Shown: positions 54,960 through 64,000 of the stretch, piece by piece | How the letters are laid out: the number at the start of each line of letters is the position of its first letter | How positions within the stretch are numbered: position 1 is the stretch's first letter | NCBI GenBank assembly: GCA_964016885.1 | Contig: OZ024741.1 | Location: 288,176,001 to 288,240,000, forward strand | Direction of reading: 5' to 3' | DNA from: Eledone cirrhosa | Lineage: Eukaryota | DNA length: 64,000 nucleotides | The notes under the pieces: generated by a model | Databases searched by the model: none | What the model was told of the DNA's origin: nothing | The model's input: the letters and a program-made list of their open reading frames with translations, nothing else | Made by a program: the position numbers and the translations under genes

Positions 54960-55985
54960 TGAAGACCTTGCTGTCCCCAGGGTACCGATATCCAACATAA
55001 CAGCGACGTCACGTGCAAGTCTGCCTTCAGGATCAAGTCTTCCATGGATCAGCACCATTTCAACTGCCCAAGCTCTTCTTTGAAACTAAACAGTGTTGAT
55101 TGGCTCCATTTGGTGCCTTCCTCATCAGACAGTACCCTTCTTGATAAGGAGTGCACCCACATTGAAATGGCACAGTATCTTGGCCTTCAAGTGTGTGAGC
55201 CACACTGTTGTTGTTATAGAACAGAGGCCGACAAGTTCAGTCTGCACCAATTATCTTGCTACCTTAGTGCAGGCTGGTTTCCCTATCATGCTGCTGTGAA
55301 CGACATCAGAAGGAGCCTCAATGCAGCAATAGCAAGTTCCCTGACAAATTAACTCTCTTCACTTTTGAGGGGGGCAAATCTTTAATTTGGGATGTGACAT
55401 GCAGCAACTCATTCTCCACCTCCAACGTTGTCACTTCAGCCACAAACCTGGTGTCTCTGGCTATTCTCCGTGGTAACACTTTTTCCATTTTGTCCATGTC
55501 GCATGGCTGAAGCACCACTCAGACTGGGGTGTAGTCGTGGACCCTTCCCCTTTCTTTTGTTGCTTGATCCTTCTTTTTCTTATTTTCATTATATTTTTTC
55601 TTCTTCCTTTTCTGTTCTCTTTAATAGAGTGTTTTGTTTTCATTAGATATGGCTCTATCATTTTTATATAATTTGGCAAGAAAGCTTGCCAAACAAAGGG
55701 TTGGGAGGACCCTTAATTGTATCAAAGATAGAATGAAAGACAACATAAACAAGACAACAGATCCCTGGCTTGCCTGGGAGATCAGCAAAGGTTGGATGGG
55801 TCTACATAGACCAAGTCAGTACTTAAGCGGTTCAGTAGCCACCAATTTAGTACTGACTTGGTCTATGTAGACACATCCAACTCTTGCTAGTAGGGAAAGC
55901 AGATGTTAAAACGATGATGATGTCAATGGGCTTTCATGACATTGTGTCAAATACCTTTCATATATATTTTGTATATTGAATAAAT
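54960..55985 (+). mobile_element. CRE-like non-LTR retrotransposon 3' remnant (zinc knuckle + RLE)
   Basis: GLQVCEPHCCCY...HQLSC..SAG.FP.HAAVNDI and PDKLTLFTFEGGKSLIWDVTC, then SLAILRGN; 3' UTR piece also at ~41820-41890. Confidence 0.75.
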
Positions 55986-57844
55986 ATCTTTTCAATTTTA
56001 TGATAAATATAAATAAAATTCCCACTACGTTTTGTTCCAGGGTCCTGGTTATAAACTATCTTTAGATACTGTTTAAATGTCCTGTGAGTTTATCAGAGTA
56101 AGAAAAGTTACCAAGTATTAGTTTAACTCTTAATATTCTGTTATGCCCTTCATAGAAAATATCTAAAAATGGACTTTTCCAGTCAAATGTTTATAGTATT
56201 TTTACTAGTGAGCATTTGTAGTATTAGAGTAAAGACTTTAATATTTAATGTAATGCTGTCGCATGGTTGAGTTGTTGGCGACTAAAATGGCAACCCCACC
56301 AAGTTTACTTAGTGAGGAGGGCGATTTTGGACACCCTGCAGGACAAAAAATAAAACCTGACAAAAGGTGGAAGAACTCATAAGAGTCAACAGCCATCTAA
56401 AAAGAAAAAAAAAATTCTGCCACATCAATGGGTGGCAGTAGTTCCAGCTGCATGCATTAAAAGACTGGTATAGTGGTTCTGAGAACAATGTGGCTTTGCA
56501 GATGATCAATGCAAATTAACAATGGAAAGGCGCTTCTGCTCGAGTTAGAAGAGAACTATTGACCTTCAGGAGAAGCAGCGACCCCTGATTGTATTCAGCA
56601 ACCGAAACATATGAAGTACACCAAATACAATGCTCCCAGGGGCAGCCCTGGTTCTTCTTATTTGCGAGTGTAAACTCGGCCAGATTAGATTAGATTTGAT
56701 AGATAAGTAAAGGGCCCTTAATTTCTGACAGAGTCATAGGGGTCTTGTTGTGGTTGGGCTCTTTAAACATCCCTTCTTCATGTCTGAACACAGCCAATTT
56801 CTTCCCTAGTATTGAAATGGTACTTTTTTTATTCACCTTGAAAAGTTGACCTCGATAGAATTTGAACTCAGAGATCACAGAAGACTGGGACAAATACTGC
56901 AAAGCATTGTCTTTTTTGTTCTAATGATACAGATAATTCACCACCCTCACAGTCCAATAGGAACAGTTATTTCTGGCCAAATTCCATTGCTGTGTCCTGA
57001 AAATATCAGTCCTACCTTCCTGTGAAAATAAGGCAATGGAATGAAAACAATATATGTTGGGAAGGACAGTAAGCCATGAGATTGACAGATATGAATCTAC
57101 TGTGATATGAATGGAATATATAAACAGCAATGGTGGAATGTACTTGTTATAACATTCGTGAAATGTAAACAATAGTGAGTGGATATTGTTCTCATGGACA
57201 TAGAATGAAAAATGTTGATGGTCAGAGGTGAAGCAAATATAAATGGCGCTGAGTAACATAAAAAAAAAAAATAATGAACCACAGAGGGAGTCTTTAGATA
57301 GCCGTTCAAACTGCTTGAAATAGCAACCAAATAGCAGTCAAATAACACATTGTCTTAAAATGGGAAGGACACAGGATATTGTTGTCTGAGAGGCATATCG
57401 TATAAAGAAAAAAAACTATGGTTATTACAAAAGTGTGCAGAGTCAGGGCTGGCCGAGGGCTAAAAAACAAAAATATGGACAAAAGAAGTTTTGTGGGCAA
57501 CTAATGGGGAAATTATCAATTCTATACAGGAACTAAATGCTGCAAATCATTTTGTTCAATGCTCTAAAGATTCCATCAAATCCACTGCTTTACTAGAACT
57601 AATAATTCTTTCTAATATAGGTACAATGTCAACAACTTAAGGGAAAAGGAAAGCTGATTATATCAACCCAGTACTTTAATGGTATTTGATTTTATTGACC
57701 CTGGTAGGATGAAAAGCAAAGTTGACCTTGGAGGAATTTGAACTCAGAGCACAGAGAGCCAGGACTGTTATTGTAAAGCAGTCTATCTGAGGATCTAAAG
57801 ATTCTGCCAATTCATTACCTTCCTACTACTATTAATAATAATAG

Positions 57845-58030
57845 TAATAATTGTTTCTACTTTTTGACACAAGGCCAGCAATTATCCCAGTGCATTACTG
57901 GTACTTTATTTTATCGACCCCATAAGGATGAAAGGCAAAGTTAACCTTGGCGGGATTTGAACTAAATCCGTAAAGGGACGTAACTCTATGCTGCAAAGCA
58001 TAGCGTCCGACCCTCTCCCGATACTGCCGG
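57845..58030 (-). mobile_element. SINE family A (an older copy lies at ~57600-57820)
   Basis: Reverse complement of 28865-29052. Confidence 0.85.
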
Positions 58031-58462
58031 AATAAATAAATGTGATGTTAGTGGTGGTGTTTGGAACAGCTACATTGTGATTTTAGCTATAGAAAATCAC
58101 CTCCATAAGTTAGTCTACAACTGATTCAATACATGTCTATAGAATATCGAATATTGAATTGATTATACGTAAACTGATCGGGTAAAGAGTATCTTCACCC
58201 TCCTCCAGCTCAGCACTTTCCTTTTCTGTCTTTCTCTCTCATACTCTCTGCCTTTCACTTCTCCCACTCCTCCCTGCCTCTTGTTTCCTCTTTCTGTCTC
58301 TTTTACTTTCCCTTTTCATATCTTTCTATTTGCATCACTATCAACCCCGCTCCCTCATCTTTGCCATTACCTTATATAATAACATTAGACGATTTGATGA
58401 TTAGAAAGAGCCAGCTTATACACACATACATACACACACACACACATATATATATATATCAT

Positions 58463-60017
58463 CAATCAGGCTATATATGGTGGTGTCATACCCAAAGACT
58501 GGTGCAGCAGTATTCTCATAAATTGCTACAAAAGTAAAGAGGATGCTCTGGAGAGGAGCAATTATAGGGGTATAAAACTGATGGATCAGGTTATGAAAGT
58601 GGCAGAAAGGATATTAGCACAACTAATTAGAGAAAGGGTCAAATTAGATGAGATGCAGTTTGGTTTTGTGCCTGGAAAAAGTACAACAGATGCCCTCTTC
58701 TTGGTGAGACAATTACAAGAGAGGTCCTTAGAGAAGAATAAGCCACTATACTTAGCTTTTGTTGACCTAGAAAAGGCCTTTGATAGGGTACCCCGATCTG
58801 TCATCTGGTGGTCTCTAAGGAAACTAGGTGTTGAGGAATGACTTGTGAGGACTGCAAACTTTGTACAGAGGTGTTGTCAGGAATGGAGTTTAGTGAGGAA
58901 TTCCAGATACATCAAGGTTCGGTCCTCAGCCCGCTCTTGTTCATTATAGTCCTCCAAGCCATAACAGAGGAGTTTAAGACTGGCTGTCCATGGGAACTTC
59001 TCTATGCTGACGATCTGGTTCTTATAGCAGAATCAGTAGAAGAGCTAGAGAATAAACTCTGGCTATGGAAACAGCAGTTGGAAGCAAGAGGACTGAGAGC
59101 GAACCTAGCTAAGACAAAAGTGTTGAGTAGAAAAGAAGACAAAAGTGTTGATGAGTAGAAAAGAAGACAAAACTCTTCTGATTCCGTCAGGGAAATGGCC
59201 ATGTTCGATATGCAGAAAAGGAACTGGCAGAAATTCTATAAAATGCACACAATGCTGATCCTGGGTACACAAGAGATGTAGTGGGATAGCAGGCAAACTA
59301 ACAGGTAGGGAGAAATACGTATGCAGTAGATGTACAGGGAAATTAGACAGTAGAAATCGCATTGATAGACACATTTTTCAAATGCAGGCGGGTGCTATAG
59401 AAATGGTGGATAGCTTCCGGTACCTAGATCAGATTAGCATGGGAGAGGGGTGTTTCCGAGGCCATAGTATCTAGAATATGGACGGGTTGGAAGAAGTTTA
59501 GGGAGCTGCTTCCTCTGCTGACAAAGAAGGGTTTCTCCCTGCGTACGAAAGGCCGGTTATATGATGCCTGTGTGAGGAGCGCGATGCTGCATAGTAGTGA
59601 GACATGAGCAGCCCGCAGACGATATGCGACGGCTGGAAAGAAATGAGGCAAGAATGCTCCGTTGGATGTGCAATGTCAATGTGCATGAACGACCCAGCAT
59701 GGATGTGTTGAGAGAGAAACTGTGTCTGAGAGGGACAGAATGTAGTGTGCGAGAGAGGAGACTGCGGTGGTATGGACATGTGATGCACATGGAGGATGAC
59801 CGATGGGTGAAGAAGTGCCAGGAAATGTCAGTTGAAGGAAGTCGTGGTAGAGGTAGACCACGAAAAACATGGGCAGAGGTGGTGAGAACAGACCTCAGAT
59901 CGCTGAAGCTCACGGTGGAGATGACAAAGGACCGTGACAAGTGGAGAGATGCTGTGCTGAATAAGACCCGTCCCATCCTTGCAAGCAGGAAAAGCGGACG
60001 TAAAATCATGATGATGA
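58463..60017 (+). mobile_element. 5'-truncated degraded RTE LINE (same family as 5495-7780) with short tail
   Basis: QFGFVPGKSTTDA, YADD, PHD remnants at 59195-59335, GRGRPRKTW; tail CCTTGCAAGCAGGAAAAGCGGACGTAAAATCATGATGATG directly after the ORF. Confidence 0.93.
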
Positions 60018-60045
60018 TATACAAACACACACATACATATATATC

Positions 60046-60084
<39 letters not shown>

Positions 60085-60099
60085 TATATATACATATAT

Positions 60100-60421
60100 C
60101 ATCATCATCATCATTTCATTTTAGGTCCGCTTTTCCCTGCTTGCAAGGGTTGGACGGGAATTGATTCTGGCTTGATTTCTACAGCTGGATGCCCTTCCTA
60201 ACACCAACCTCATTTACAGTGAGTGCTGGGTGCTTTTTTGCCGTGGCACCTACACGACCACTTTGCAGTGGAATGCATCTCATTTCTACAGCTGAGTAAA
60301 CTGGAGCAATGTGAAATAAAGTGTCTTGCTCAAGGAAACAACACACCACCCGGTCTGAGAATTGAACTCACAACCTTTCGATTGCAAGGCCAATGCTCTA
60401 ACCACTAAGCCATGTGCCTCC
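60100..60421 (-). mobile_element. SINE family B
   Basis: Matches 34767-35090. Confidence 0.88.
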
Positions 60422-60649
60422 TATATATATACATATATGTATGTATATATATATATATATATACATATTATATATACATATATATGTATGTATATATATA
60501 TATACATATTATATATACATATATATGTATGTATATATATATATACATATATATACATATATATGTATGTATATATATATGTATATATACATATATATAT
60601 ACTTTATAAATAACAAAGAGTAATATTTAATATTACCCACATTATATAT

Positions 60650-61010
60650 ATCATCATCGTTTAACGTCCATATTCCACGCTCGCATGGGTTTGGACGGGA
60701 GTTTTCCCACTTGAGGCAAGAGTAGTTGTCTTGCTCGCATAGGACTGTCTGGCGGGTTTTCTACGGCTGGATGCCCTTCCTAACACCAACCACATTTACA
60801 GTGTGGAACTGGGAGGTTTTTACCGTGTTACCTACACGGCCACATTACAGCGTGGACTGTGTTTTTTTGTCGTGACACCTACACGACCTCATTTGTTTCT
60901 GGCTGGATGTTGTGGTACCAACATAACTTTACATTGAAAGGGGTGGTGTGGATGGGGTGGGGGTAGTGGGATGGGTGTATTTTGTTAGCGGTGCCTACTG
61001 ACTGTAGTAG
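60650..61010 (-). mobile_element. RTE LINE 3' UTR-only copy
   Basis: Collinear with 21855-22235. Confidence 0.85.
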
Positions 61011-61106
61011 GATTCAATATAGTGAAAAATGGAACGGGAACAAAACAGAGAGGCAGTACGAACAAAGGTTTATTAGTTTCACGCTCTTGAGAGTGAGGGG
61101 GGGGGA

Positions 61107-61140
61107 ACGACGTTTCGGGCATAAGCCCTTCTTCAGGCGA
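61107..61140 (-). ncRNA. Minimal hammerhead motif with canonical core (probable PLE end)
   Basis: CTGAAGA-A-GGGC(TTAT)GCCC-GAAAC-GTC; AATAAA ~35 nt downstream; stem I weak. Confidence 0.65.
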
Positions 61141-62131
61141 AAAGTGTGTGGGAAGAGAGTTCCGAGGGTGAGTGGGGGAGAGACATTTAGATAAAAAGAG
61201 TGGGGGGTGAGGAAAAGGAGGAAAAACGGTGGAAGGGGTACAAATAAAAATAAATATTAAAAAAATTAAAAATAAACATGAAGATAAACAAGTGGTGGAA
61301 TCAGTGGGGCGTGTAGGGGCGGTGGCGGGGTGTCCTAGCGGGGACGGCTGAATCTGGTGTATGTGTGTAGGTGTACGTGTGTGTGTGTGTGAGAGTTGGG
61401 GAAGAACGAGGTTCCATGTTCAGGAAAAGGTGTGTGTGTGTGGGGTGGGTGTAGGTCGGTGTGTGTGCGCGCGTGTGGATGGGGAGGGGTCAGAGGGTGG
61501 GGGAGTGGGGATTTCTGAGGCTGAGTATGTATATATGTAGGGGTACGCACGTGTGTGTGGTGTTTATACGTATTGTGGATGTAGGTGGCGTGGTGGGAAA
61601 AAAAAATGTTGTGAGTGTATGTCTGTGGGTAAGTTCCTAATATATATACATACATACACGCACATGTACATACATACACACACATGTACATACATACATA
61701 CACACACATATATACATACACACACATACATACATATACACACACACACACATATATGTATATATATATTCGGCAGTGGTAGTGTATTTAGATGCTTGCG
61801 AGCATTTATGAGCATATATACACATATATGTGTACTCTGGTGTGTATTTATATATAAATACAACCACATCTTATAATAGCTACCGCCTACTTAAAAACCG
61901 ATATTTTCTGTATATTTGCCTGTCTGACCATCTGTTTCTTCTCCACTCTCCTTTCTCCCTCTCTCATACACACTTACACACACACTCACACACACACATA
62001 CATGCAAGAATACGGACAATTACACACTTAAATTCATTTAGTTTGGTGAGGCTGTGTTAAATAGAACTGTATAAATATGTATATTCAACCTGTGCCATAA
62101 AAAAAATGATGATGGTATATATATATATGTA

Positions 62132-63311
62132 TATCATCCTCATCATCATCACCGTTTTACGTCCGTTCCTCCACGCAAGCATGGGTTAGACGGGTTGTCC
62201 TGTTGTGGGCAGTGTCTGGTCGGCTGACCTTGTCTTGCTCATACAGGAACTGATTCTGGCTTGATTTCTACAGCTGGATGCCGTTCCTAACACCAACCTC
62301 ATTTACAGTGAGTGCTGGGTGCTTTTTTCCGTGGCGCCTACACATCCACTTTACAGTGTGGGCTGGGTGCTTTTTTGCCATGGCACCTCCACGATCACTT
62401 TGCAGTGGGAGGTCGGGTACTCTGTATTACTGCATGACGCCAGAGGTCACGGTTGTGTGTCATCGCCTTTGAGAGGTGTAATTGGGTAAGGTCGGCTTTT
62501 ATCACCTCATCCCAGGTCTTCTTGGGTCTCCCCACTCCGCGGCTTCCATTGACTTCTAGTGCTCTGCACCTTTTTATGCAGGTGTCATCCTTCATACGCA
62601 TCACATGTCCATACCAACGCAACTGCCTCTCCTGCACACAGCGTTTGATTCCTCTTATGCTCAGTCTCTCTCTCAATTCATTTATGCTTTGCCGTTCGCG
62701 TATATTACTATTACACATCCATCGGAGCATGCAGGCTTCGTTTCTTTCTAATCTGCGGAAGTCTTCCACATTCAGCGCCCAGGACTCACTACCATGAAAC
62801 ATTGCTGTTCGTATACACGCATTATACAACCTGCCTTTCATTTTGAGCGAAAAGCCTTTTGCAGCTAGCAGTGACAGTAGCTCCCTGAACTTCTTCTATC
62901 CCGTTCTTACCCTAGTTATTGTACTTTCTGAACACCCACCTCCGCTGCTAATTTGGTCACCTAGGTAGCAGAAGCTGTCTACTGTTTCTACAGAGCCCTC
63001 CCAGAGATTGGTGGTACTTGTTTCCTGTGGCTGTTTGCTGTCCCAGCACAGCAGCTACATGTGAAGCCTACATTCTTAATTAAGCTTCCTGAGATCCCGC
63101 TACATCTTGTTTGCATTTGGGGCAGAGAATGGAGTTCCTACCTACACCTTTCCTACATACTGAGCAAGGCCATTTCCCTGAGGGGATCTGGGTTCTGTTT
63201 TCTCGTCTACTTACAAGGACCTTAGTCTTTGTCAGGTTGACTTTGAGATCCTTTCTTTGAGTCCCTGCTTCCAAGTTTGGAATTTCTTCTCTAGTTCTAC
63301 CATAGATTCAG

Positions 63312-63313
<2 letters not shown>
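62132..63313 (-). mobile_element. 5'-truncated RTE LINE with SINE-B-like 3' UTR
   Basis: [33 protein letters not shown]...GRPKKTW; the ORF end runs straight into the segment that forms the 3' half of SINE B. Confidence 0.92.
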
Positions 63314-63344
<31 letters not shown>

Positions 63345-63345
<1 letters not shown>

Positions 63346-64000
63346 ATAATAATAAATTTGAAGACTAAAATCCAAAGAGGGCTCGATAAGGATAAATATA
63401 TATCAAATATATATGAACCGTAGAGCAAATATTTATTAAAATAACAGATTAAAGTTTAAGCAAAGAATCGCTGCTTTCACCCTTAACGGGATCTTCTGAA
63501 ACTAACAAAGTCAATCTGTAAACGCAGAACTGGATATTTCAAAAAACGTTGCAACCGGAGGCGGACAGGAAGACGATACTTTGGTTCGTGGAAACGTTCG
63601 CTGGCAAAGAACGGGAAAAAACGAATATAATACGTCATTAATAGGAGCGGTGAAAAACAATTACACGCAAAGACAGAACCACGTTTATGGTATAAAAGAG
63701 GTCGTAGACTAATGTTCTCTTAGATGGTTCATAGAGACGTTCTCTGACAATGAACGAAAAAACAAAGATAATACGTCATATGTGGAGCGTGGAGAACAAT
63801 AGCACGCAAAGACAAAACCACGTAAATGGTATAGCAGAAGTCGTAGACTAAAATTCTAACTAGGAGACCAAATGAATCTCCGCTACAGAGTTAAGAACAA
63901 AGTAAATAAATACAATACAGAAGTAATAGAAATAAATAAATGCATACACGCAAACAAATACGTACATACACAAGCATACGCAAAACCTTACCATAGGTAT
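63345..64000 (-). mobile_element. Probable PLE terminal region with ~140-bp tandem duplication
   Basis: TAATACGTCAT...GGAGCG...CACGCAAAGACA.AACCACGT..ATGGTATA...GTCGTAGACTAA occurs twice (~63628-63713, ~63769-63852); degenerate CAGAAGA-TCCC..GGGT-GAAAG at ~63470-63500. Confidence 0.5.

Overview
AT-rich eukaryotic (animal) DNA made almost entirely of transposable elements and microsatellites. No host gene could be assembled with confidence. The SINE families and long (TA)n tracts look like a cephalopod/Octopus genome (inference, not checked). Contents: several RTE-clade LINEs (one 793-aa uninterrupted ORF with a PHD-type zinc finger inside the RT), two large and many small Penelope-like element (PLE) pieces, CRE- and R4/Dong-like remnants, two tRNA-derived SINE families, a long-TIR Sola2-like transposon, hAT and piggyBac-type MITEs, and a Helitron 3' end. 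The strongest non-obvious signal is a set of minimal type-I hammerhead ribozyme motifs at PLE ends. Three unrelated ones carry the compensatory U3-A8 core pair, and several sit inside fold-back inverted duplications. All assignments are by eye from motifs; element boundaries are approximate unless TSDs are given.
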